Source: a virus | Direction: 5' to 3' (one strand) | DNA: 64,000 nucleotides | IMG/VR virus record: IMGVR_UViG_3300046689_000199 | Shown: piece by piece, positions 8,141 through 16,025 of the stretch | Layout: each line of letters begins with the position of its first letter | How positions within the stretch are numbered: the first letter of the stretch is position 1 | Notes under the pieces: generated by a model | Seen by the model: the letters and a program-made list of their open reading frames with translations, nothing else | Told to the model about the DNA's origin: nothing | Database searches by the model: none | Made by a program: the position numbers and the translations under genes

Positions 8141-8467
8141 ATGGGTAACGGCAACATCTTCGACTACGCCGAGGTGGTCATCGAGACCTGCACCGGCGAT
8201 GTCAGCAAGGTCCAGTTCGACGAGGCCTCGTTCCGAGTGTCTCGGGCCAAGGCCAACCAGGCCCTGGCCACGCTGTCCATGATCGGTCTGGGCGGCAAGG
8301 AGCTGGCGCAGTACAAGACGGACCACGAGAACTGGTTCGCAGCCCTCCCGGATCACTCGCACCTGGTCCGGATCCAGGTCAACAAGATGAACCACCACTC
8401 CGACAAGGTGAAGCCCTTCGCGGAGCGGATGTACTCCTGCGAGCACACGGATGCGCTGACGTCGTGA
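8141..8467 (+). CDS. Hypothetical protein
   Basis: GGAAGGGAAG element 5 nt upstream of the ATG. Confidence 0.55.
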   Translation: MGNGNIFDYAEVVIETCTGDVSKVQFDEASFRVSRAKANQALATLSMIGLGGKELAQYKTDHENWFAALPDHSHLVRIQVNKMNHHSDKVKPFAERMYSCEHTDALTS

Positions 8468-8727
8468 GCACCCAGCAGGAGCGCAACCGCGCCCACTACG
8501 CGAAGAAGGCGGAGCAGAGGCAGTTCCGCAAGGACTTCGCTCCGAACGCGGAAGAGGCGGTCTTCATCAAGCGTCTCTGGCGAGGAGTCTTCCTGGGCTT
8601 CCTCGGCGTCGGTGCGCTGATCTACTTCCTGCCGGCCTGGGTACTCGGTCTCGGCATCCTCGTCGTCATCGGTCTGGTGACCGTGGTTGCCATCGGTGCC
8701 GGCGTGAAGCAGGGGCGTGGCGAGTGA
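8464..8727 (+). CDS. Small membrane protein (two TM segments), GTG start
   Basis: GTGA overlap with the upstream gene; hydrophobic segments. Confidence 0.5.
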   Translation: MSTQQERNRAHYAKKAEQRQFRKDFAPNAEEAVFIKRLWRGVFLGFLGVGALIYFLPAWVLGLGILVVIGLVTVVAIGAGVKQGRGE

Positions 8728-8867
8728 CCACATCGCTCGACGAGCCCCGCTACAAGCACATCAACCACCCCAGTCGACGCGAGATGTTCCTACTCCTCGT
8801 CGTCCTCGTGGGTCTGCTGATCGCCATGGCCTCCATCACGATGCTGGCGCTCAGCTCACAGACCTAG
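8724..8867 (+). CDS. Small membrane protein (47 aa, GTG start overlapping the upstream stop)
   Basis: Manual translation: VTTSLDEPRYKHINHPSRREMFLLLVVLVGLLIAMASITMLALSSQT. Confidence 0.35.
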   Translation: MTTSLDEPRYKHINHPSRREMFLLLVVLVGLLIAMASITMLALSSQT

Positions 8868-8886
8868 GCGTCTCGGGACGCCTAGA

Positions 8887-8918
8887 CCCCCGTCACATCG
8901 GTGTGGCGGGGGTTGTTT
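8887..8918 (+). terminator. Intrinsic terminator (cccccgtcacat-cg-gtgtggcggggg followed by ttgttt), preceded by a second palindrome taggcgtc-tcgg-gacgccta at 8865-8885
   Basis: Two consecutive hairpins seen directly; a U-rich tail follows the second. Confidence 0.5.
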
Positions 8919-8945
8919 CATGTCCACCTCGAAAGGAACAGATAC

Positions 8946-9206
8946 ATGTCGGTTCTCTCACACATCGAGATCCCCGAGGGCAAGCACGTCCTGAGGATCC
9001 TGGACAACAGCGGCGACTCCGTCATCACCTACGACCCGACCATCGAGGCCGAGGTCGCCAAGGCGATGGAGGCGTTCGACGAGTCGATGGGCAAGGGCAT
9101 GCGCGCCTTCGTCCTCGACGACGGTGCCGGCGGTGCCCACGTCTCCAGCACCTTCGAGCAGGAGGCCGTGCACACCGTCATCCAGCCGCAGTACGTCGGC
9201 GGCTGA
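8946..9206 (+). CDS. Ubiquitin-like (beta-grasp) small protein with a C-terminal Gly-Gly (86 aa), paralog 1
   Basis: VLRILDNSGDSVITYDPTIEAEVAKAMEAF aligns with ubiquitin [29 protein letters not shown]. It ends ...VIQPQYVGG and is a paralog of the 10117-10368 protein. Confidence 0.6.
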   Translation: MSVLSHIEIPEGKHVLRILDNSGDSVITYDPTIEAEVAKAMEAFDESMGKGMRAFVLDDGAGGAHVSSTFEQEAVHTVIQPQYVGG

Positions 9207-9207
9207 T

Positions 9208-9672
9208 GTGACGATCGCCCAACAGCGGGCGGCAGCGGAGGAGCGTGCCAAAGCGCTCCTCCGCAGCATCGTCCCTGCAGACGAGTGGAGGTACGTGCCC
9301 AGACGCAACATCCTCGGTCAGATCATCACCCGTGATCCCACCCACATCGAGTTCCTGGGCCACACCAAGAGGTTCACCTACCAGGTCTGGTTCAACCAGA
9401 CCTCGGAGAACATCCAGCAGATCGACTCTCGTGGGTACAGCCACGGGGTCTGTGGTGGGCCCTACGCCTTCGGCGACTACATCGTTCCTGGTTCTGCTCG
9501 GACCGGACGTTCCCCCGTGGTCGACCAGGAGCGTTACGACCGAGCCCGACAACAGGGGTACCGAGAGAACACGATGCCGGCGCATCTGCCAGACCATGAC
9601 ATCTGGCTCGGCCAGTACCTCGCTCTGAAGTACGACGAGCAGAGGTTCATGGAGTACGCGAACATCTTCTAG
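9208..9672 (+). CDS. Partner protein of Ubl paralog 1 (154 aa, GTG start 1 nt after the Ubl stop). Its C-terminal domain is homologous to the C-terminus of the 10368-11210 protein.
   Basis: Translationally coupled. Shares QIDSRGYSHGVCGG...HDIWLGQYLALKYDEQRF with VQVDEHGCKLGRVCV...ADGWVGQLLAIKTDEALF of the second partner. Confidence 0.55.
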   Translation: MTIAQQRAAAEERAKALLRSIVPADEWRYVPRRNILGQIITRDPTHIEFLGHTKRFTYQVWFNQTSENIQQIDSRGYSHGVCGGPYAFGDYIVPGSARTGRSPVVDQERYDRARQQGYRENTMPAHLPDHDIWLGQYLALKYDEQRFMEYANIF

Positions 9673-9847
9673 ACCAGTGGGCAGCGGGTGGTTCCTATCC
9701 CCCGAAGGGCCAGAACATGGGCCCGCTGTCCACCTCCGCTGTGCTTGGGGGTCATAGCCCGTCACACACACCGTTTCTACTGGGGGGTTGGCCGGTGTGT
9801 GTGGTGGAGGGTGACCCCATGCCACCCCACACATGAAGGGAAGATCC

Positions 9848-10120
9848 ATGCAAGGAGATCCGTACCAGGTAGCGCTCAGCTACTGCGACGGCGTCGTGAT
9901 GATGCACGACCACGAGGACGTCCACGAGGCCGTCCTGGACTACGCAGACGCTCTCCAGGAGGCCTTCGAGCCGACTGTGGACGAGCACGACCGCCGGCAC
10001 GTTCGTCAGGTCACCCTCATGAAGTTCAACAAGGAGGGCGCGATCGTCCGGCACATCGACTCTGGAGTCATGAACGATGACTGCAGTCACCGAGTAACAA
10101 CCACGAAGGGAACACAGTGA
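9848..10120 (+). CDS. Hypothetical protein (start MQGDPYQ; CACATGAAGGGAAG element upstream)
   Basis: Its stop overlaps the GTG start of Ubl paralog 2 (GTGA). Confidence 0.5.
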   Translation: MQGDPYQVALSYCDGVVMMHDHEDVHEAVLDYADALQEAFEPTVDEHDRRHVRQVTLMKFNKEGAIVRHIDSGVMNDDCSHRVTTTKGTQ

Positions 10121-10368
10121 GCACATCCACCGAAGAGAAGAGCACTCTCCACATCATGAGCAAGGAGGGTGACACCAGGATCATGTGGGACCCCCGGATC
10201 CCCGCCGAGGTCGCAGCAGCGAAGGCCGCGTTCGACGCGGCGAAGACCGGCGGCATGCTCGCCTACTCGGTCGACCCGAACTCCGGGGAGAAGACCGGGA
10301 CGGTGATCCGGGAGTTCGACGAGACGGCGGGCAAGATCATCATGTCGCCGCAGCTCGTCGGCGGCTGA
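10117..10368 (+). CDS. Ubiquitin-like small protein with a C-terminal Gly-Gly (83 aa), paralog 2, GTG start
   Basis: Ends ...IMSPQLVGG. Matches paralog 1 at HIMSKEGDTRIMWDPRIPAEVAAAKAAF and across the C-terminal half. Confidence 0.6.
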   Translation: MSTSTEEKSTLHIMSKEGDTRIMWDPRIPAEVAAAKAAFDAAKTGGMLAYSVDPNSGEKTGTVIREFDETAGKIIMSPQLVGG

Positions 10369-11210
10369 TGGCCGTCTTCGGCCCGACCATGAGAGTGCCG
10401 ACCTACAAGCGGAAGCTGAAGAAGCCGCTTGACCATCTCCCGCCGGGCTCGAAGTACGACACGGACCAGGACGGCTGGTACACGATGCCGTCCCTGACCT
10501 ACACCACCAGCACCACACTCACCTTCACCCAGGACATCGTCTGGAACGGGTGGACGGTGGGCAACACCACCACCGGCACCTCGACCTTCATCACCGACGA
10601 GCAGTTGGTGCGGTTCGAGGGCACTGGGATCACCTGGGACTGGATGAAGCGGACTGGCGACATCGGTCTGCCCGTCCAGTACCAGAACGTCTACAACCAC
10701 TGGCAGGTGATCCACGAGCGCGAGGTTCCTTCGCCAGAGGAGCTGCAGCGTCGTGCTGACGAGGCCCAGCGTCGGAGGGAGCAGGAGGCCCGTAGACGGC
10801 TCGAAGCCGAGCAGAGGTGGCAGAGGGCCGAGGAGGACCGGGTACTCGCTCAGATCAAGGGCCTGGAGCTCCTAGAGATGCTCCTGACCGACGAGCAGGC
10901 CGAGCAGTACGCCCTGAACGGCTCTGTGCCGGTTCGGGGCTCGGACGGCGGGATGTACGAGATCGACACCCTGTACGGCGGGGTGCACGGGAACGTCGTC
11001 CAGGTCGACGAGCACGGCTGCAAGCTGGGGAGGGTCTGCGTCGCTCCACGGATGAACGTGGGCGGTCATGCTCTCCCGATGGCTGATGGCTGGGTCGGCC
11101 AGCTGTTGGCGATCAAGACCGACGAGGCCCTGTTCCGAGCACGTGGGAACTGGTCCTCGGTTCGAGCCTGCGCTCATCCGGATGTTCCCATCCTGGCGAG
11201 CGCAGCCTGA
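10368..11210 (+). CDS. Partner protein of Ubl paralog 2 (280 aa; ATG overlaps the Ubl stop in TGATG). It has a Thr-rich N-terminal region and a coiled-coil region rich in Arg, Glu and Gln. Its C-terminal domain is homologous to the 9208-9672 protein.
   Basis: See the alignment to the first partner; conserved HG.C and W.GQ.LA.K.DE..F motifs. Confidence 0.55.
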   Translation: MAVFGPTMRVPTYKRKLKKPLDHLPPGSKYDTDQDGWYTMPSLTYTTSTTLTFTQDIVWNGWTVGNTTTGTSTFITDEQLVRFEGTGITWDWMKRTGDIGLPVQYQNVYNHWQVIHEREVPSPEELQRRADEAQRRREQEARRRLEAEQRWQRAEEDRVLAQIKGLELLEMLLTDEQAEQYALNGSVPVRGSDGGMYEIDTLYGGVHGNVVQVDEHGCKLGRVCVAPRMNVGGHALPMADGWVGQLLAIKTDEALFRARGNWSSVRACAHPDVPILASAA

Positions 11211-11216
11211 CATGGC

Positions 11217-11402
11217 GAGACCCCCGGAGGTCGGCATCTCCGGGGGCCTCGATCACCATGAAAGGAATGGGGCCAGCGTAGCTGGTCTCACGGAGGGGCA
11301 CCTGCATCGGGGGATCAGGTGCCCCTCCTCTGTCTCCTCTCCGCTATGGGGCGGAGAGGGCACACAAGCTGCTGGGGGCCCTGGATCGGGGGGTCAGGGC
11401 CC
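11217..11402 (+). ncRNA. Structured 215-nt intergenic region with four consecutive GC-rich stem-loops and no plausible ORF; candidate regulatory RNA (attenuator or antiterminator-like)
   Basis: Four hairpins at 11222-11247, 11304-11336, 11337-11361 and 11377-11402. Two of the loops share ATCGGGGG. Contains an orphan copy of the CCATGAAAGG element followed by a 4-codon mini-ORF. Confidence 0.3.
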
Positions 11403-11425
11403 TCAGCTTCACTTGAAGGGAAGAC

Positions 11426-11719
11426 ATGGAACTAGATCCGGTAGTACGAGCACATCCCAAGACACACCAATGCGTGTGCCTGCTGATCAAGAGCCCTCCC
11501 GGAGACCCGAAGATCCACGAGGCGGTACGGAAGGCCGGTGAAGCTGCCGGCATCCCCTCAGCCATCCTCGACTCCATCATCGGTCACGAGGACAAGTGCA
11601 AGCGGATGGTCGACAACCCCGACCAGCCGTTCTGCGATGGCTGCGAGGAAGACGGACATCACCTGCTGCCCAACCAACTGGGCATGCAGAACATTCACCT
11701 GAGAGGAAACAACACATGA
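11426..11719 (+). CDS. Hypothetical protein
   Basis: TTGAAGGGAAG element 4 nt upstream of the ATG. Confidence 0.5.
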   Translation: MELDPVVRAHPKTHQCVCLLIKSPPGDPKIHEAVRKAGEAAGIPSAILDSIIGHEDKCKRMVDNPDQPFCDGCEEDGHHLLPNQLGMQNIHLRGNNT

Positions 11720-11988
11720 TCACCACAACATTGGTTCGTCCGCAGAGGACCGAGCTGGCCGCAGCCATGATGCTGACGGTGTTCAAGGCGAACCCGAACA
11801 CCGTCATGACCCGAGAGGACATCGAGTCGCTGGTGAACGTCAGCGAGTTCTCGGTGTCCACGCGGTGGCGGGCGCTGAACTGCCTGGCGAATCGGCACCT
11901 CATTCACCAGGACAGCCGCGACGAGTGGGGCGGTCCCCATCCGCCCACGACCTACTGGATGTCGGACGAGGAGGCGAAGAGCGCATGA
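11716..11988 (+). CDS. Putative winged-helix DNA-binding protein (91 aa)
   Basis: ATGA overlap with the upstream gene. MTREDIESLVNVSEFSVSTRWRALNCLANRHLIHQ resembles a helix-turn-helix plus wing; inferred only. Confidence 0.4.
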   Translation: MITTTLVRPQRTELAAAMMLTVFKANPNTVMTREDIESLVNVSEFSVSTRWRALNCLANRHLIHQDSRDEWGGPHPPTTYWMSDEEAKSA

Positions 11989-12158
11989 CCACCCTGTCCT
12001 GGCTGGAACTGCTGCTCTTCGCCATCGTCATTGTCGGTGCCTTGATGTACAACTTCGGGCATGCGATCGGTCGCGAGCAGCAGAAGATCGACGTGGAGGC
12101 CAGACGAGCCTCGATGCGTCGGCACCCGAGCAACCACATCCGCATCGTCAAGGAGTAG
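11985..12158 (+). CDS. Small membrane protein (57 aa)
   Basis: ATGA overlap with the upstream gene; hydrophobic segment LSWLELLLFAIVIVGALMY. Confidence 0.4.
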   Translation: MTTLSWLELLLFAIVIVGALMYNFGHAIGREQQKIDVEARRASMRRHPSNHIRIVKE

Positions 12159-12161
12159 CTG

Positions 12162-12653
12162 ATGCTCCTGGACACCATCCGCTGCAATACCCCTCGGTGC
12201 TTCAACGAGTTCACCGAGAGCGCCTCGCGGTGGAGTCTCCTCGAAGACGCGATCGACGCCGGCTGGACCGTCTCCGAGGACGACGAGAAGGCCTGGTGTC
12301 CCGAGCACTCCGAGGACCGCGACCCCTTCGGCCTGGAGTCGGTCTGGGTCGTGGGCTGCCGTACCTGCGACTACGAGGAGGAGTACGACTCCGAAGAGGA
12401 CGCGAAGAACGACTACACGCTCCATGAGTGTGAGTCGGACACCTGGCTGTGGAAGCCCGAGGAAGTGCGAGTCAACCACGAGAGGCGAGCCCAAGCCCAG
12501 ATGGTGTGGGCAGAGAAGAAGGCCGCGGAGGACGTCGTGGCCAAGGCCGCGTTCGATCGAGCGATGGCCGAGCAGGACCGGATCCATCGGTGGGCCAGAA
12601 ACTGGCTCAGGATCCGCAACCTGTTCCTGTTCTGGGACAGGAAGCGCATGTAG
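12162..12653 (+). CDS. Hypothetical Cys-rich protein
   Basis: ORF with codon bias. Confidence 0.5.
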   Translation: MLLDTIRCNTPRCFNEFTESASRWSLLEDAIDAGWTVSEDDEKAWCPEHSEDRDPFGLESVWVVGCRTCDYEEEYDSEEDAKNDYTLHECESDTWLWKPEEVRVNHERRAQAQMVWAEKKAAEDVVAKAAFDRAMAEQDRIHRWARNWLRIRNLFLFWDRKRM

Positions 12654-12684
12654 CATCTAATCAGATACACCACCCATGAAAGGT

Positions 12685-12939
12685 ATGACCATGAACGACA
12701 CGAGAGACAAGCAAGTGCAGGACACCGCCTCGCTCCACGAGAAGGCCGTTCAGGCGGTCGCGAAGGGAGCGGTGGCACCCAGGCCCAGGAAGGCCCGGAA
12801 GAAGTCGGAGAAGCGCAACCACGCCGTCCACACGCACGTTGTGGTGGACGCGCGAGTGATGGCTGCAGCAAAGGAGCTCCTCCAGGGCTCGTACACCCGG
12901 ATCGAGATCGTCGACGCCGAGACCGTGAGGGTGCGATGA
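12685..12939 (+). CDS. Hypothetical basic protein (alternative start at 12676)
   Basis: CCATGAAAGG element upstream; the lysine/arginine-rich segment PRPRKARKKSEKR suggests nucleic-acid binding. Confidence 0.45.
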   Translation: MTMNDTRDKQVQDTASLHEKAVQAVAKGAVAPRPRKARKKSEKRNHAVHTHVVVDARVMAAAKELLQGSYTRIEIVDAETVRVR

Positions 12940-14090
12940 GCAATGACGAAGAGGAAGAGGAGGACCTGGCTACCAAGACCCGCAAGGCTTGGTACGCCGG
13001 GCACCAGGCTGCTGCGCCACTGGAGTCTGCGGGCTTCAGGGGCGTGCCTGGTGTACCCCATGGAGGTTCTCAATCCGTACGACCCGAACAGACCGCCGGC
13101 TCGATGGACTGGTGCTGGTGCGGTCAACCGTTCGATCACGACTGGCCGGGCAAGGCTGACGGTCGCAGACACCCGAAGGAAAGTCAGATGACATCAACCC
13201 CCGTTGAAACTGAGGAGCAGCCGCGCATCGAACGGCGTGCGCTGCGGGCCTATCACGCTGATCTGGCAGACATCATCATCACAGCGGTGAACGAGTACCA
13301 CACCAAGTACCGGCTCACTGCGCACAGCGTCATCCTGTTCCCGCTCGACGGCACCAAGCCGTACGCGATCAACGCACGCAACGGTGACCGACAGGTCAGG
13401 GGAGCCAGAATCTGGTTCGCCAAGCACTGTGTACCGCCGGACATCTCAATCAGGGACGCAGCCAAGAAGCCGGCTGTGTCCAACAAGCCTGTCGACGAGG
13501 AGACGGTCAAGGAGCTGGCAGAGATGCTCAACTCCGAAGAGCACCTCCCCAAGGGCGACGAGCCGGCTAAGGCGGAGGCTCAGCCCGCTGAGCAGCCAGT
13601 CGAGCCTCCAGCGGAGCCGCCTGTGGAGGAGCCGAGTGGAGAGTCGGCTCCCTCTGAGGAGTGGATGCCGTACAAGGTCAACCTCGGCAAGCACAACGAG
13701 CGGACGCACGAGTTCTACGTCGTCAACGCCGCGGGTGACGTGAAGTGCACCCTCGACGGCTGGATCGGCAAGAACACCGGGACCGGTGGGCACACTCGCA
13801 CCCACCACACCGATACCACGACGCTGTGGGGTCCGAAGGCCAAGGAGAAGGGGGTTCAGACCTACTTCACCAACAAGGCCAAGAACCAGGTGACCGAGGC
13901 GATCACCATGCTCCAGAACGCGATGGGTATCGAGCCTCCAGCGGCAGTGGACACGTCCACGCTGGAGGCTGAGGTCAAGAAGCTGAAGAAGCAGGTCGAG
14001 GAGCTCACCGTCGAGCGCGACGGACTGAAGCAGAAGTACTCCGACCTGGAGACCAAGATGGCTCTGGCGCGCGAGGCGTTCGGGTTGTAA
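12936..14090 (+). CDS. Hypothetical protein with a C-terminal coiled coil. An alternative internal start at 13192 is preceded by CCGAAGGAAAG.
   Basis: ATGA overlap at 12936; strong RBS-like motif before the internal ATG at 13192. Confidence 0.5.
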   Translation: MSNDEEEEEDLATKTRKAWYAGHQAAAPLESAGFRGVPGVPHGGSQSVRPEQTAGSMDWCWCGQPFDHDWPGKADGRRHPKESQMTSTPVETEEQPRIERRALRAYHADLADIIITAVNEYHTKYRLTAHSVILFPLDGTKPYAINARNGDRQVRGARIWFAKHCVPPDISIRDAAKKPAVSNKPVDEETVKELAEMLNSEEHLPKGDEPAKAEAQPAEQPVEPPAEPPVEEPSGESAPSEEWMPYKVNLGKHNERTHEFYVVNAAGDVKCTLDGWIGKNTGTGGHTRTHHTDTTTLWGPKAKEKGVQTYFTNKAKNQVTEAITMLQNAMGIEPPAAVDTSTLEAEVKKLKKQVEELTVERDGLKQKYSDLETKMALAREAFGL

Positions 14091-14102
14091 ACCAGATCAG
14101 GA

Positions 14103-14140
14103 GCCGGGCCCTTTTGAGGAAGGGGGCCCGGCTTCTTCTA
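14103..14140 (+). terminator. Intrinsic terminator (agccgggccc...gggcccggct followed by tcttctt)
   Basis: 10-bp GC stem with a U-rich tail. Confidence 0.6.
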
Positions 14141-14153
14141 TGAGAGGACACAG

Positions 14154-14393
14154 ATGGCAACGATCGGAGAGACGCGGATGTGGCACGACATCTCCGCTGG
14201 AGCACAGGCGCTGGTCAGGATCGCTAAGGCGATCGAGAAGATCGTCGACGAGGAGTTCAAGGACGAGCCGAAGCCCGAGGAGTACCCGCTCACCAAGATC
14301 GCCTGGCAGCACGAGGTGGCCGCGGGGAACACCGAGATGGGCTTCGCCCAGTGGCTGGCAGACCGACGTGACCTAGGAACCATGGATGGGTGA
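14154..14393 (+). CDS. Hypothetical protein
   Basis: Preceded by the TGAGAGGACACAG element, the same sequence that precedes the ATG at 23332. Confidence 0.5.
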   Translation: MATIGETRMWHDISAGAQALVRIAKAIEKIVDEEFKDEPKPEEYPLTKIAWQHEVAAGNTEMGFAQWLADRRDLGTMDG

Positions 14394-14607
14394 CGAGCCT
14401 GGAGCGTTCCTCAGCTGGTACGACCCCTCCAGCGAGCTCACCTTCACCTGGGACGGACAGACCTCGACCATCGCGGTGAGCAACGGCGAGACCATCAAGG
14501 TCGAGGGGACGGTGGGGGTCAGGAACGCCACCATCACCCGCTGGCTGCAGTGGTTCGAGCTCGTCTGCCACAACTACACCCGGCTGAACGTGAAGGTGAG
14601 CGAGTGA
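14386..14607 (+). CDS. Hypothetical protein, paralog of the next gene
   Basis: LSWYDPSSELTFTWDG...RWLQWFELVCHNY matches CYHDPTMNLSFAWDG...RWLAHFEVLCGLY in the next gene. Confidence 0.5.
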   Translation: MGDEPGAFLSWYDPSSELTFTWDGQTSTIAVSNGETIKVEGTVGVRNATITRWLQWFELVCHNYTRLNVKVSE

Positions 14608-14933
14608 TCTACATGGAGCAACCACAGAACCAAGACGGGGTAGCGCACTTCTGCTACCACGACCCGACCATGAACCTCTCCTTCGCCTGGGACGGGTTCG
14701 CACTGGAGATCGACGTCTTCCGTGACGACACGCTCGTCGGACAGATGCCGATCCCGGTGGGCTACATCAGCACCTCTCACAACCCCGGTCGGTGGTTGGC
14801 CCACTTCGAGGTCCTCTGTGGCCTCTACATCAAGGAGCGACATGACGAGATTGCTGCTGGCTCTGATCCCGATCGCCGCAGTGGCGGTTGGGGTCTGGCT
14901 GGGGAGAAGGAATCAGAAACCACCACGAGATGA
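14604..14933 (+). CDS. Hypothetical protein, tandem paralog of 14386-14607 (GTG start; 3' end overlaps the next gene)
   Basis: GTGA overlap with the upstream gene; paralogy as above. Confidence 0.45.
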   Translation: MIYMEQPQNQDGVAHFCYHDPTMNLSFAWDGFALEIDVFRDDTLVGQMPIPVGYISTSHNPGRWLAHFEVLCGLYIKERHDEIAAGSDPDRRSGGWGLAGEKESETTTR

Positions 14934-15078
14934 ACATGCAGAGCTCGTCGGGCTGAGAACCATGCGCGAGGAGCTGATGACCAAGGCCGCGGAGCACGCC
15001 ACGTTAGGCGATGACTTCGCGGTCATTGCATTGGGGATCTTGTCCAGGAAGGGGAAGCCAGATGCCCGAGACCGATGA
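14842..15078 (+). CDS. Small protein with an N-terminal TM or signal segment
   Basis: MTRLLLALIPIAAVAVGVWLG... Confidence 0.35.
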   Translation: MTRLLLALIPIAAVAVGVWLGRRNQKPPRDEHAELVGLRTMREELMTKAAEHATLGDDFAVIALGILSRKGKPDARDR

Positions 15079-15343
15079 GCCGGAGCCTCCGATCTGGGAG
15101 GCCACTGTCGATGACCACGCCTGGAAGGCACAGGTGGACGGCATCGAGTCCAACAACTACCGAGGTGTCCTCACCGTGCGCCGGCTCTCTGACGACAAGG
15201 AGATCCTCCGTGAGGAGGTCGGTCTCTCCTACGGGGCGATCTTCGGTCCCGACGTCAGCGACGTGAACCTCTGGGGAGCCATGGTGCTCGGCTCCATCGA
15301 CCACTACCTGGCTCAGCACCCCGAGGAGGAGACCGATGGCTAG
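15062..15343 (+). CDS. Hypothetical protein (start MPETDEP; GGAAGGGGAAG element upstream)
   Basis: RBS-like motif 4 nt upstream of the ATG. Confidence 0.5.
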   Translation: MPETDEPEPPIWEATVDDHAWKAQVDGIESNNYRGVLTVRRLSDDKEILREEVGLSYGAIFGPDVSDVNLWGAMVLGSIDHYLAQHPEEETDG

Positions 15344-16025
15344 CTACGAAGAAGGCATCCCGCTCACCCTCCGGCGACGGGACTACATCCTCAACATGCT
15401 GGCCAGGCAGATGGCTGGCGGGACATGGATCCGGATCTCTGCGTACGAGCTCCGGGACTTCGGCGGCAAGGCCTTCTTCGAGGGCTGTGAGGTCACCTAC
15501 GTCCACGACAACACCTGGTTCACCCTGCGCTACAAGAACGGCCACGAGATCGAGGACGAGAACCGGGGCACCAGAGTCCATCTGCCATGGAAGATCCAGA
15601 CCCGCGACCCGCAGGGCTGGCGTCCCGAATACCACCCACGCAGCACCAACGAAGGGAAGACACAGATGGAACACCACGTCGATCGACAGAAGCTGATCGA
15701 GACGATCACGGCCAACAAGGACGCTCATGCTCTCCTTCGAGGTCGCGCGCAGGAGCTGTACCGCGCAGAGATCGAGAAGAAGACCGAAGAGCACGTCCAG
15801 GGCAGGCTCGCCCAGAACGAGATCAAGGTCGTCGACACAGCGGGTCCGATCTCGCTGCCACCCGACCAGAGCAAGGGGTTCGACGACCAGCTCGCCGTCG
15901 CAGAGCTGGACACCCGCGACGTGATGGTCCTGAACGACGAGGAGTTCGACGCCTACATCCACGCCCAGTGGTCCGGGCTGGAGGCGCTGGCGAAGCTGGT
16001 GAAGCGGCTGGAGGACCTGACATGA
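15336..16025 (+). CDS. Hypothetical protein. An in-frame internal ATG at 15666 is preceded by a perfect CGAAGGGAAG element, so a nested shorter product is possible.
   Basis: ORF of 229 aa; conserved RBS-like motif seen internally. Confidence 0.5.
   Translation: MASYEEGIPLTLRRRDYILNMLARQMAGGTWIRISAYELRDFGGKAFFEGCEVTYVHDNTWFTLRYKNGHEIEDENRGTRVHLPWKIQTRDPQGWRPEYHPRSTNEGKTQMEHHVDRQKLIETITANKDAHALLRGRAQELYRAEIEKKTEEHVQGRLAQNEIKVVDTAGPISLPPDQSKGFDDQLAVAELDTRDVMVLNDEEFDAYIHAQWSGLEALAKLVKRLEDLT

Noticed and set aside
11150-11185. tRNA-like TpsiC sequence CTCGGTTCGAGCCTGCG
   Set aside because: The flanking stems do not pair; there is no D-arm or acceptor stem. It lies inside the coding sequence of the 10368-11210 gene.
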